64,000 nucleotides of DNA. Origin: the human T2T-CHM13v2.0 reference genome, Homo sapiens. The stretch lies in NCBI RefSeq assembly GCF_009914755.1, contig NC_060931.1. One strand, given 5' to 3'. The notes under the pieces are model-generated. The model worked only from the letters and a program-made list of their open reading frames with translations, had not been told where the DNA came from and did not search any database. A program made the translations under genes and the position numbers. This document shows, one piece after another, positions 1 to 14,789 of the stretch; within the stretch, counting starts at the first letter, position 1; every line of letters begins with the position of its first letter.

Positions 1-581
1 CCTTAATGCCGACACAATCAAGAATGAAGGACTTTCCCATCATTATTCCTCCACGCTGTCATCTCACTCACTGATGCTGTCAGGCCTTTTTCTTGATGCA
101 GTTTTCTTCTGAACTGGACTTGCTTTGGGTTTAGACCTGATGTAGTACAGGGGAAAAATCTAGTAACACCAATGTTAGAAATAAAATTTTGACATATGAA
201 TTTTTTTCCCTAAAGATAGAACCAAATGTTTTCTGCTTTTTTTTTAAAAACAAAAAACTTTCTTTTTTATTGACAAGTACTGTGATCTACCAAAGTGCAT
301 ACTCCCCCTGCCTCCAAATTCACTCTCTTTGGAATACTTTGAACTTCTTCTAAAATAATACAGATCCCCGCAAGTATGCACCTAGAACATATTTAGACAT
401 TTCCAAGGTGAGGTCATAAGCGCTTGGGTAAGGGCTGTTGAGACCAAGCTGTTATGGAGTTCAGAGCCAAGGGGAGCAGGTGAGGTGAGCTGGAGAGGGC
501 CACCAGAGAACAGTACATATGCCAAGACATAAGATGAGGCAAAAGTAGAATGAGGAAAGTAAATGGGAAATTAAACAGTGA

Positions 582-1369
<788 letters not shown>

Positions 1370-2278
1370 TAACATCTCACTTGAAAAGGTATATTCCCTT
1401 AATTAGTAGAGTTGGAATACTATGTGGTATTGTTCATTGTTTTAGAAAAAAAGAACTGATAGCATCGTGTGTTACAACATGTGTTCTGCCATCCTCCTCT
1501 AGCCTATGACAGCTGGAACCCAAGATCCCATTACTCATTGATCTCAGGTGGTGGTGGTAGTGAGAGTGTGGATCCAAACTGAGACACAATTGTTATGCGG
1601 AGGTACTGGCTTTTGTAACACCAACCTTACTCATCCAAACACAGAGCAAATGTCACACCTCCATAGGAGTTGCTACCTACAGCAGCCCCATATTAAGTCT
1701 GCTCTGTGACTCAGAGGTCAGGCCCCACAAGTTTTGGGGTGTAACCAGGGTTATCCAGGAAAAGGAGCAGGTGCATAATGCTGGAGCTATAGTGAGGATT
1801 TAAAGACATGCTTCACATTTTGCTCACCTGGTTAAACTGTAACTGAGAAATAATGCTGATAAAGGCAGGTTATACTTTGCTCCAGATAAGCCATGTCTCC
1901 TACTGGCGTGTGGCCTGTCCAACCAAGCACTGAGAGGCTTGGACGTAGATTTCTGACCTTGATTCTGCTTTCCATTGGAAAAAATGTGGATGATGCAATC
2001 TCAGACAGCCTCAATTTTAATATGACTATGCTGAATGATATTACCTAATTATTTACTTGTTGTCAGTCTTTTAATAGAAATGACAGCTATCACATATGGA
2101 GTACTTCCTGTGCCCTGAGCACCGGCTTCAGAGTTTTATGGATGCTACGCCCACCACAATCCCATGGGGCTTGTTATCCCTCTCACTTTACACAGGAGGA
2201 AATGAGACAGGAAGCACAAGAGGGGCAAAGGCCAGATTCCAACCCAGATAGTTCATATCAATGGCTGGGCTTCTAATC

Positions 2279-2448
2279 CAGTGAGTCACGGAGTGTGATC
2301 CCAGCATCAGCTGGGAACAGGTGAGAAATGCAGGTTCTGTGGCCCATCCCACACCTGAATTACAAACCCTGGAGATGGGGCCCAGCAATCTGTGTTTTAG
2401 CGAGCTCTTCAGGGGATTCTGATGCCGCCTTGGGTGTGAGAACTACTG
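2279..2448. mobile_element. MER5A-like hAT-Charlie DNA transposon relic
   Basis: cagcatcagctggga...agaaatgcag...gggcccagcaatctgtgtttta...gattctgatgc...tgagaactactg matches the recalled MER5A consensus. Confidence 0.7.
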
Positions 2449-2864
2449 TTCTAAGGACTGTTCTTGCTTCTCTCTGCTTTCTATTTCATCCTTCCTCCCT
2501 AATCCCTTAGGATAGAAGACTCAAGATGCTTTTGCCTCCTGGTAATGCTTGCTATTTGCTCAGCACTTGTGCTAGACTATTCACGGATTTCAGTGTAGGC
2601 ACCCATAGCCTTCCTTATTTTTCCCAGATGTACTTCCTCCTAGATGTTATTTTCCACCCTTTAAAAATATTTTGTCTTTCTTCTTTGCTATTTCTAACTT
2701 TCCTATACTCTTTTATGTTGCAGAGACCAAATGTGAATCCTGCTTGTAAGGGTGGGGTCAGTACTTGATTAAGCCTGATCTCCTCCCTCTACCCTCCATT
2801 TTCTGGTATTATACTTCTAATGTTATGTTTGTGTTACTAATTAACAAAGCTATTTCAAATTCAG

Positions 2865-3184
2865 GTTTTTTTGTTTGCTTGTTTGTTTTATTTTGTTTGT
2901 TTATTTGAGACAGAGTCTCACTCTGTTGCCCAGGCTGGAGTGTAGTAGCATGATCTCGGCTCACTGCAACTTCCGCCTCCCAGTTTCAAGCCCCCTGCCT
3001 CAGCCTCCCTAGTAGCTGGGATTACAGGCATCTGCCACCATGCCTGGCTAATTTTTGTATTTTTAGTAGAGACGGGGTTTCACCATGTTGGCCAGGCTGG
3101 TCTCAAACTCCTTACATCAGGTGATCCATCTGCCTCAGCCTCCCAGAATGCTGGGATCACAGGCGTGAGCGACCACGCCCCGCC
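2865..3184 (-). mobile_element. AluS
   Basis: Dimeric Alu with a TTTG-type tail; TSD tcaaattcag at 2855-2864 and 3185-3194. Confidence 0.9.
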
Positions 3185-4302
3185 TCAAATTCAGTCTTAA
3201 TATGATGATTCATGTTCATTCATATTCAGCATATACTATTATGAATTCCAGCTCTTTTGGGATCTTTTAGGTGTTTTCCTTATCTGTGGCTATGCATGAA
3301 TCCTTGCTAGATTTCCTTCTGGTTTTAATGTCCTCTTGCCTTAATGAAAATACTAAATTCATTATCGTATGTCAGAAATGCTTTAATTGCATTTGTTTTC
3401 CAAGATGCTAGTTTCTTCACTCAGTCCATCCTCTGTGTGCTTAATGAGCATTTCTCAATTCAGGATTTTAGATAACGAATTTGCTAATAAAAGCCAGTCC
3501 AGAGCAGGTGGTTTCCCAGGCCCACCTCCTTGCCTCAGTCTACCACTCGCCTGGCATCTGGCTGATGCTGACTGAGCCATTGGTAATAATCTTCTTTGGC
3601 TATGTCCTTTAGCAAATCACAGTCTCACTTGACATTAGTTCTAAGTACACCATGTCTCTGTCTTGTTGGACGGAAAAGCAAGCTCTGCTTCAACGATAGT
3701 ATCTTTTTCTTTCTCCTTATTTACATGGCCAGTGTCATTTCCTCATCTTCTGTGGAAAGAAATTAAATAGCCTTGGCACAGCCCAACAAAGGCATATTTG
3801 GTTGCCATCCAGCACCTTGCGTCCTTCTAGGTAATTACACATCGATTGTTTGATGAATGTTCTTGGATCTCCCTGGGTATTTCTACCAAGTCTGTAATTA
3901 CACTACTCTGGTTGTCCTTTTGCTCTGTCATGGTTCTCAGGGTTCCATGGCTTCTCAAAGACCAGGCTTAATGATGTTTCATCAACACCTTTCAAGTCAA
4001 GGATGCAGCTCAGACTCCTTAGTGTTTCATTAGTCTCAGTTGCTTAAAAATGTAATTCAGCCATTTTCTACCTCAGTTCATTGTGATTTCTTAAGTTGGC
4101 ATCAGTATGCCGTAGCTTAAAAATTAATGATTCTCTCCTCCCAGTGCATTAAAAGATGAAAGAGCATGAACAAGGAATGATTTGACCCACCATTAAATAA
4201 AAAGGCCTTTGAGGCATTGGCAAGCTCTGTGTTTTGAGCTAAGAATAAGAGGTCCTGAAACTGGTTTTTGGAGAATGGACTCTCATGCTTTTTCGTCTAG
4301 CA

Positions 4303-4507
4303 TAGGCGTTGGTCAGCTATATCCTGGAGACTGTTTTGGTAAATAAAGTTTTATTAGAACGCAGCAGTACTCATTCTGTTATATATTATCTGTGGCTGCT
4401 TTCATGCTACCATGGCAGAGCTGAGTACTTGAGACAGAAACTATATGATCCCAAACCTAAGATATTTACTTTATAGCCCTTGCTAGAAAAAAGTTTGCCG
4501 ACCCCTG
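4303..4507. mobile_element. MER58A-like DNA transposon
   Basis: gtaaataaagttttatt...tggctgctttc...aaaaagtttgccgacccctg terminus typical of MER58. Confidence 0.75.
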
Positions 4508-4542
4508 GTCTTACACTAAAAGTAACTTTAAAGAGTGAGTTA

Positions 4543-4890
<348 letters not shown>

Positions 4891-6629
4891 TTATCAGAAG
4901 CATTGGTCTTTAATTTCTACCATCTCCCAAGTACTACATAAATGTTAGTGGAAAAAAAAGGAGTTTCAGCCTTGGAATTTAGGATGAATTTGATCCCAAG
5001 CCATGTTGAGAGATGACTTGGCCTTCATGTTTAACATGCATAAATTAATGAAAGAGGCCAAAGCAGTTACAAGACGCAGGTGTTCTTTGACCTTCTTTCT
5101 GATGGTCACTTTCTCCACTTCAAGAGATGGAAGCCTGTTAGCAAAGGTGGCACAGCACTCCATCAGCAGGAAGTTAAAGGGGTGCGTGGGATCTGTTTAT
5201 TTGGTAGCAACATCTGAACATGGAAGCTAAACTGACTTAAATTTCAGGAACAAAGCTGGTGTTAGCCTCCTATATGTTCTTGAATTCTGATTAATAATTT
5301 GTATGCCAATGCCTTTGAGGAAAGAGTGCTACATCTGCAGTTAACTCTGAAGTCTATTTTTTAAAAGTTGGATTGATGGATGGATAGAGGAATGAAAAAA
5401 TATATATGCTGTAAAGCAAGAATAGTAAAAATGCTGTAGAACCTAGATGATGTGTATATGGGTGTTTACTGTAAAAGTCTTTCAACTTTTCTGTATGTAT
5501 GAAAATTTTCATTATAAAACGTCAAGAAGAAAAAATGAAGACTGTGTGAGAAGAGTGGCAGGATGTGCTCTGGCCCATGGAACAAAGACATTCTCTTGGG
5601 TGCACAGCCCTGACAGGTGGGAGGATGACTTGGCATGAGAGCTGTCGAAAACACTATAAGCCATGCTCAAGAATTTTTAATGTGGAATAGAGAACTTTTC
5701 TGAAAAAGCATAGTTGAAAGCAAGGACAAGCATTAATAAGGCACTTCTACTCTTTTATTTATTACCATGTTGGGAATTATTTTGGGAGGAGTGCTTGCTT
5801 CAGAAATGCTAAAGTAGGTAATTTGTAAAAAAAAAATTAATAGAGAACAGGCTTCTGGATTTTATGTAATCATTACAATATAGAGCAATGAGTGCTGGCC
5901 CTGATATCAGGAATTGGGTTTTAACTCTGAATCTGCTGCTATCCCTGGGCAGGACTGTGGGCAAATTAGTTAATCACTCTGAACTGCAGCTTCCTTGTCT
6001 ATAAGAAGAAGGCAAAGATACAATTCCATCCTCCTGGTGGGAGAATATATGTAAAAGCATTCTGAAGGTCATGACGTTATCAGTGAACAATGAGTTCTCA
6101 AAGGGGGCAATATCACCCCTAAAGTGGAGAAATTTGGTTCTTACCAAAAAAAAAACCCTTACTATTTATATGTATAAAGCACAAATACCTATATAGAACA
6201 TAAACAGATATACAGTCTATATGTAATATTAAAATTCCTTTGTGGGGAGGTGCTTGAGAGAAAACCTGTCTAAAAAGGCTCCTTAGGGAGCTACAATGCA
6301 AAAACAGACAAGCCTTGAATTTCTACCATCTCCCAGATTCTGTTCTCCTTTCTTTTTCTTTAGGTAGATTAATTTTATCCATCACTTTGAATACTTAATA
6401 CTCTTACATTTCTAGGAGAGAGAGAAAAAAGTAACTTCTGGGAGAAAACTAAGAATGATAGACACTTTGCCTTTTCCAAAGTACGTATAGTACCACTTAA
6501 CCCAAATACCATTAAGCTTTGATGGAAGGAATTTACTAACAAGAGTGAGGAATTAAATGAGTATACTCACCCAATCTTTTTTCCTCTAGAAATTTAACAG
6601 CAGCATGAGTTTTCCCTTGATTTGATTCA

Positions 6630-6960
6630 GTTCTGTTGGGTACTTCAAGCTCTTTGGGCTTAAAAGGTATGTGGAGAATTTAAAGAGAGTTTGGAGGAGA
6701 ATAATGAAGATGAATTAAGGATTGGAAATTGGGACCTATTAGAAAAGGTCAAAGGCACAAGGATTATTTAGTTTGAGGAAGAACAGGCGATCTAGTGGCA
6801 CAGAGATGGCTTTTAATAATGGAAGCCTTATTCTGTAGAGAATATTCTCAGATTCTCATTTGCTCTGAAGACCAAAAGAAAGGAAGATGCATAATTGGAA
6901 GCTGGAGGAACATAAGATTAGATGTGAAGATAACATTTATCTTCATGATTAAATCCTGGA
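6630..6960 (+). mobile_element. L3/CR1 LINE relic
   Basis: ggattatttagtttgaggaagaacagg and gattagatgtgaagataacattt resemble CR1/L3 3' ORF2 sequence; highly decayed. Confidence 0.45.
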
Positions 6961-7665
6961 TTTTGAGTCTCCTTTACAGTATTTCTTATTTTAAAGTAAA
7001 ATCCCTGTTTGGTCGATCAGAAGTGTGGACAAGTCAGCCCATCATGTTTGATTCTCTGGCCCTGGTTGGGAGGTCAGCCAGCCAGCCCAGCCAACATGGC
7101 CTCCTGGGGATCTGGCTTGATGGGAGAAAACATTCATTTCACCTGGACCTGTGGCTCCAGGATGCCAAAGATGAGTACAAAAAACTCTAGCCAACAGAGT
7201 GCCAGGCTCGTGCCAGAAAAGTATGCCTAATTGGGTTGTCCAAACAAGGAGGGCCTAAGGCAGATTTTGAGAGCCAACATATGGAGCCAAGGAATCACGG
7301 TGCCAAAGAAGATGTAGCAAAGAAGAGTGGGTGAAAGTGAGCTGCTGGGAAGAAGGGCTGGATAGAGGAGTGCCACTCATGGCTGGGCTTTTGGGTGTTC
7401 CTGGAAGCCCACTGTGAGAATGGATCAAAATCAATGGGAAGGTGCTGCCAAGGTGTCCTAAGCTTCTAGGATAATATTTATTCTCTCAGGGTTTTGGAAC
7501 TGCTGCCCAAAGTCATAGTTCTCAGTCCTGGGTGTGAGTCAGAATCACCTGTGGAGCCTGGCAAACCTTACAGACACCCTGGCTCCAGCCCTGGAGATTT
7601 TGATTTAATGGAAATATCACTTAGAATTCTATTGTAAGCAATAAAAGTCTATTCTCACTAAACTA

Positions 7666-7696
<31 letters not shown>

Positions 7697-8899
7697 GCAG
7701 GGCCTAGGAGGGCGGACCAATTGTGGTTAGAAGGATATGAGGAAATTCCCTGGATGGAAAGAAAAGCTGGTCAGAGGGCTTGAGAAAGGATTTGAAGCAA
7801 GACTGACAGACCTTGGGCAATAAGAGGTGATGGTTAGCGTCAGAGTTCCAGGGTAGTCCAACCTGCCCTTTGCACCTTGCTTCTCTGTGCCTCAGTTAGT
7901 CCTCTGGAAATGGATATAACTGATCTTACCTCTTGGGTAATCATGAGGATCGACAGGGTTGATATATGTAAAGAAAGTGCTTAGAACAATGCCTGGTACA
8001 TAAGTTCTCAATAACTATTAATGATTATTATTGTTATTAGGCTCTGCCATGCATGTGAATCAACTCTTAACAGTTTCATTTAATGGTTTCTACTCAAGTC
8101 TCAAATTCCAGGGGCAGAGCATCTGGGTGGCTTATGTTGGTTCACATGTTCACCCTCTAAAGAATGTGAGGGACTTCGATTAGCAGAATCACTGGCTCGA
8201 AGTCACAGTTGTTGCCTGTGGTCTTCAGTCTTCACTCTGGAGATTCAGAAAGCAGACAGGGGAACAAGTTTTGTCCCGTAGCTTGGAAGCATAAAGCATC
8301 AAGGTGTGAGCTACCACCAATGCCAGTCTTTCCATGGATACCCCTTTTGAAATTTCAGTGAGCCCCAGAAAGGGATCTGGGAGCATAAGCAAACCTGCCT
8401 TTCACTTATTGTGTTATGCCATGAGGCTGAGCTCTGTGAACACCGTGAGCAATATGCTGGGACAGCAGAGGTGAAGAAACAGGAGCCCTTCCCTCAAGGA
8501 GCTCACATTGAGAGCTCATAAAAGCCAACAATCCCAATCCCAGTAAGATCGCCACGGCCCTAACTCAGGCCTTTTATAAAGTTCAGAGGCAGGAGACTTC
8601 CCCAGGATGGCAGCATTTCAGCTCTTACTTTTAAATTAAATCAGTGAGATTTTGCCAGGCTAAGGCATAGAGAGACTGAAGAACAAATATTAGAATTCCA
8701 GGCAGAGGACATAACCCCACCAAATAATATCCTAGAAGTATGAGCAGCCGAGGGTGTGCTTCAGAAACTACAGAAGCTATGTATGAGGAACATGAAGAAC
8801 TGAGGGGTGAGGATGTCGTGGGGCAAGAGCATGTGTGTCAGTAAGAACATATTCTGGACACACAAGCAAGGACCATCCAGGGAAGATCCTAGATGCTAT

Positions 8900-9990
8900 T
8901 CATGTGTTCATCCAGTAAATACGTATTGAGCCCTTGGGAAGGGCCAGGACTGTTTTAGACTCTAGAGATATAGCAGTAAGCAAAGCACAGTAATCTTTGC
9001 CCTTATATAGTTTCCATTTGAATGGAAGATATTGGCAAAAAAATGTATTCATCAGAGTTCTTCAGAGAAATAGAACCAATTGTATGTGTGTGTATGTGTG
9101 TGTGTGCGTATGTGTGTGTTGCAGGTGGTGTAGTTGGAAGGCCTGAGAGCTCTCGAGCTGATGGTGTTGATTCCAGTCTGGGTCTGAAGGTCTAAGAACC
9201 AAGAATACCAAGGGCAGGAGAAGATCGGTGTTCCTGCTCTAGCAGTCAGGAAGAGGGAGCATGAATACAACCTTCCTCTGCCTCTTTGTTTTATTCAGGC
9301 CCTCAATGGACAGGATAGTACTGACACACACTGGGGAGGGCCATCTTCTTTACTCAGTCATTGAGTCAAAGGCTAATCTCTTGGAGAAACACCGTCCCAG
9401 ACACAACCAGAAATAATGTTTGTCAGATATCTGGGAATCCCGTGGCCCCCACAAGTTGACACATAAAATTGATCATCATAACACATAAGTAAAATATATA
9501 GTATATCAGATGATGATAAATGTCATGGGGAAAAAATATTCCAGAAAAGAAGGATGGAGTATGCCAAGGAGGGGAGTTACCACTTTTAAGGAGGGTGGTC
9601 TGGGAAGGTCCGACTGAGTTGTGTATGTTTGACCATGCAGCAGTGGGGAAACAGTGAAGAATTCTAAGCTGAGAGCAATGTGACAAGACTTGCATTTTCT
9701 GACTTAAGTGTGAATGACAGATTGGAAGGTGATAAAAGGATATAGGGAGACCAGTAAAGAGACTACTTTCGTAGTCTAGATGAGTAGATAGCCCAGTGGA
9801 CTTGGAGAGAAAGGGACCGTTTTAAGAGCAATTAAGGAATTGCATACAATGAAGAAGACTTCGTGGCAGATTGCAAGTGGGGTTGGGAAGAGGGAGGAGT
9901 CAGAGATTATGATTTCTAGCTTGGGCATTGAGTGGGTGATACGCTGGATGGTAGCATTCACAGGGGTGAAGAGCAAAGGAGGCTGAGCCA
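8900..9990. mobile_element. L2 LINE relic, interrupted by an MLT2 LTR
   Basis: ttcatccagtaaatacgtattgagc...gactgttttagactctagagatatagcagt and gaggagtcagagattatgatttctagcttggg are L2 3' motifs. Confidence 0.7.
9044..9480 (-). mobile_element. MLT2 (ERVL) solo LTR with internal (TG)n
   Basis: Begins tgtattcatcagagttcttcagagaaatagaaccaat and ends caagttgacacataaaattgatcatca, matching MLT2 termini. Confidence 0.85.
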
Positions 9991-11202
9991 TTAGGTGTGA
10001 TGAGTGTGATGAGTACCAATCAGTCTACCCAGGTCTCCAGAATGGCCATGTTTTAGGGTTTTAACAATTTTCATATCAACCCATCTGTAACAGCAGAGTC
10101 AGTGTTCTCTATAAGTACATTATATCTGTTATCCTTGAGCAATTTCCCTTCCTTTTGGTGTAGGAAAAGATTATGGGCTTTGGAGTCAATTAGACCTTGG
10201 TTTGGATCTCATCTCCCTGCCTCTGCATGATCTTCAAGTAATGTTAACCATACAGGCCTTCTTTTTCCCGACTGCAAAATGGGAATGACAGTCTCCATGT
10301 GACTTGCTTGTTGGGAGACCTGAAATACCCACACTGAAGGCACTTGTTAAATGTTGGCTCCTCCTCTGCTCCTCCTGGCCCTCCCCTTAGTGGAGTTCTG
10401 GGTCAAGGTCAATAGGACTGAACTGGGTGAAGATCAGAACCAGTAGCAAAAGGGCTCAATGCACGAGTCATGGGTATTTGTATGAGTGTGTCTGGGTGTA
10501 GTTGCCCTTGCATTACTTTTAAAATATAAATATAAATAATTTTGTCAATTTGCCTTCCTCTGTTATGATATTAATACTTATTGTGTGTAGTGCTTATGTA
10601 ATGAACCCTGAGAAAACATGACTTCTCTGAGCCCCGTACTGGACAGCCATTAGACAGTGCTTTAGCCACTCCTTCCTGAGAAATCTTCTGTGACCTGGGA
10701 AAGCTGTGAGTGGTGGAAGTTTTGTTTCCAACCCAGCAATCAGGGCAAAATTTCAAAGCTACATGCTGTGAGGTGTGGAGTCCCATAGCAGTAAGGAATT
10801 CAAACATTAATTCACATGTATGCATAGCATGGCTGATCACTCCCAAGAAATAAATTTCTTCTTTAGTGTTTTTTGTAGTTTAACCTCATTTAAAATTTTT
10901 CCAGGGAGGGAGGAGGTTCCCTTATTAATCTTACTGACATTTTAGTCTGTTCCATTTTGTATTCATCTGATATATTTCCTTAAGTAGTTGGAGGTCTCTC
11001 ACCAGTACTGTTTTTTCTTAAAAGCTACCTTTATAAATTATCAGCATTATCAAAAGCAAATATTTCCTTCTGCCTTCCTTTTACTCCATTTTACTTAATG
11101 TATTTAAAGTTTTTGTTGCTTATTTGCATTTTTGGTTAAAAAAAATGTTTCTAATATTCTTCCTTGGGAATACTTAACAATTCAAAGTTCTTCCAGTCTA
11201 AA

Positions 11203-11593
11203 GCAGGGTTTATTGACCTTGGCACTATTGACCTTTTAGGGGGATAATTGTTTGTTGTAGGGGGTTGTCACATGTACTGTGTGATGTTTATTAACATCCT
11301 GGATTCTACCCACTAGAGGCCAGGAATACCCTCCCCCGAGTCCTGACAGTCAAAACTGTCATGAGGCAAAAAATAAGCCAAAGAAGAGGGACCTGGTATG
11401 CTAAGGACAGGAGGTCCCACTTTTAAGTAGGGTGATCTGGGAAGGTCCTGCTGAGTTGTGTAGGTTTGACCACGTGGCACTGGGGAACCAGTGGGGAATT
11501 TTGAGCAGAGAACAATGTGACGAGATTTCCTCAGACTTTGACAAATGTCCCTTGAGGAGCAGAATCACCTCCCCTCCCAGTTGAGAACCACTG
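11203..11593. mobile_element. MER20 DNA transposon containing a ~170-bp insert (11357-11528)
   Basis: ccttggcactattgac...gataatt...ctacccactaga...tgacagtcaaaactgtc / cagactttgacaaatgtccc...gttgagaaccactg matches MER20. Confidence 0.8.
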
Positions 11594-14500
11594 GCCTAAA
11601 GAAAATATTTTATGTTTGTTTGCTCTAATATTATCACTGATAATCATAATTTCTGGAAAATTTTGGGGGCAGAAGTGAAGCCAGAAAATAAACCAAATGA
11701 TTGGGAACTGCTTTTGTCTCGAGCACCCCTAAGCTGATCTACTTGTTTGCATCTGTAAGTTCACAGAATGTTTTGATCAGGTTGCTAAAGTATCCAACTT
11801 GTGTGTATGTACAGAACTTAGCAAAGCGATTGGTCACCTTTTAAGGAGATTTATTACAGAAAGACTGACCAGTGGACATTTATAGTACATTCTAATCAAT
11901 ACAGGAAGGAATTCACCTCATCAGTGCCCTATTCGATTTCCAGAAGTGTTAAAGAAATGCCATGAGGAAAAAATTAGGCCTTAGATTCTAAATGGAAAGA
12001 AATGGGAGATTTTAGAGTCTGCTCAATTTTCATTCTATGCTCTGCACTTTGACTACAAGAGTGTAAATTTCAGTACTTGAATTTTCTTTCTCTCCTTTTC
12101 AGTGGGGGAATCTTTGATTTCTAATTAAAAAGGAATTATCTGTATTTATTTTTTGTGGATGAAATTGCCCCAGTATCACCAGCACAAATCCCCCCATCAA
12201 AAGCCTTTTCTCCCCTACTTGATCCATCTCTCAGAAAATCCGGCAATCTAGCTGCCCTGTGTAGGAGGCTGCTAAGTCGGGTTTTTAAATTATTTCTATT
12301 AAGTAAAAACTTAACATATACCAGCTGCGGAGGGATTACAAAAGCTTTGTTCTTTCAATAATTGGAAACCTTGTTTACAGAGGACTCACAATATTCTGTA
12401 AATGTCTTTGTGTTGAACATAAAGGAACTTGTGTTTATCTAGGCAATGATAATCTGACTATAAAGCAAACTCATTTAAGGATTATGCTTTCTGTCTCTCA
12501 CTGTGCAGCTGTCACCCTACTGTTCTTTGGAGCTTGGCAAAATACTGAGAAGTCTTCCTTAAAATTGAAAAATACATTGGGAAATAAACCAGGTAGTTTG
12601 GGAATACACGTGAATCCAAATCACAGGGAAATATTTGAGAGACCCCAAATGTCACTCCATCCTAGGCAAATTTTTCCGAAGTTCACATTTGCCAATTCAT
12701 TGATGGAATTCAGTTCATTCAAGAGAGATTTTAAGGTCTCGAGTCCTAGCAAAGAAAACTGAAGACCATTCAGATAATCTAATGTATTTAGTCAAACTGT
12801 AAATTTTGAGAGCCAACAAAGGCATTAGCGCTGATTAGTATCTACTGGAGAAGGAGTGAAGCACAGTACTTAGGGGTGGTCCCCATCTAGGCTCAGCCAC
12901 TTAACTAGCTCTGTGACCTCATGCTATTTAGTGGTTCTCTTTAAAATAACAGCACTCACTTACCTTGGAGCATTGTTTAGAGACTTAAATGAGACAAAAG
13001 GAGAGAAACCCTCAGGACTCTGCCTGGCACAGAGTAGCCACTCAATAAATGAGAACCTATTGCCACGATGGTCCAAGTCTCACATGTGGTATCTCATCTA
13101 ATCTGTGAAACAGCCTTATTAAAATAGCTCATTTTTATAACCCCAGTTTTACTGAAAATTGAGAAAAATGAGATGCAAAGGAGTGTAATAACCTACTCAG
13201 AGTCCCACAGTAACTGGATTGATGAGCAAGGGTCCACATGCATATTCTGTGTCTCATTCTGCAAACATGCAATGAGGACAGGCACTCTTGTTTTCCGAAT
13301 ACTCACTATTTGAATATTTGCTATTGGGACTTGCTAAAAGCCATTCCCAATTAGAAACCAGCTATGACACGTTCTCTCATGTGTGGCAGCTTCTCAAACT
13401 TTAATGTATCTATGAATCCCCTTAGAATTGCAGATCCCACATTTCTAGCAAATTCCAAGATGATGCCAATACTGCTGGCCCCGTGATCACACTCTGAGTA
13501 GCAGGGTGCTGAAAGACAAAGGGTGGGCTTCTCTCATATCTGTGTTCTCCTGATCCTGTTTAAACATATAGCACATTATATCTGTAATTTCCCTACCTTT
13601 TCCCTGAGGGTTTAGCCCTTCAGTATTTGTTTAGGCCAGGACCCTAGGAGCACTACCAACTCAGGTCCAATTAGATAGTAACTTTCGAATCTTTGGTAAT
13701 ATCACTGCATTATTTATTTTTATTATAATACATGCTCAGTGTAGAAGGCTAATGAAATTCCTATTTATTCAGCTGTAGACTGCACACAAATATACCTACT
13801 CATTACTGCATTAAGTGTTAAACAATTAGGTAATTGTTTTTTAAGTGTTTTATATTGTGAAACGATTGCTATTAGATTGTCAGGTAATTATTTAGGAGCA
13901 TTTTAGTAATATTTGGAAAATGGATATTTTTGCATTCTCTAAAAATGAATTTTGTTTTCTGTGTAAAGTAATGGAATATAGACTCTTGCTGTTTGAAGCT
14001 TTGCTGCGCTATACATTTTTTAGGAATGGGTGAGACTCAGATAACAAGGGGTAGCTGCATTTACTCTGTGACAGATATTGGGAGAAATCCTGGAAATAGG
14101 TGAATGATGAAGACAAAATTGCTGCTCCACAGAACAGTTAGGAAAAAAATGGCAAATAAATATTTAAAATATGGTGAGATAAGTTTTCTAATGGAGACAT
14201 GTAAAAGGAGCTCTAAGAACACAGCAAGGGATGGGCCTAACCCTTCCTTCTATACAGAGGAGACCTTCTCAGGATCCCGGTGATAGCTCATAGCAACTGA
14301 CTGGCTGTCTGCGCCAGGCACTGTTGCAAGCATATTACACATATTTATTCATTTAGCTCTTACAACAACCCCATGAGACAGGTACTTTTATTATCATTCT
14401 CATTTTAAAGATAAGAAAACTGAGGAGTATAGAAATAGGTAACTTGCTTAAATTCCCACAGATCTGGCCTCAAACCTAGGCAGTTTGAGTCCAGAGCCTG

Positions 14501-14789
14501 CCGTCTTAACCCACATGTGATCTGGCTCATTTGAAAGATAATTCAGGATCTTAAAATAAGACCACGTAAAAATGATAGACATATTAGAGGGCACACACTT
14601 ATGGCCTCATCTGGTTTGATGAGTGCAGAGGATGAACATAGGATGATGAGACCATTGGGCTGAAAACATAACATTCGCATGGCCTCATATATATAGGAGC
14701 ACGGTGTGTGGACTGTGGATAGTAGGGACAGGACTGAGCCCATCTCCAGTAGTCACAGTGCTAACAATTTAATTATACTTGAGATGTAA

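Noticed and set aside
7669-7696. Isolated 28-nt poly(A) as a possible processed-pseudogene tail (also about 56665-56686)
   Set aside because: No upstream ORF or TSD is visible; both sit in A-rich positions of decayed MLT1-like LTR sequence.
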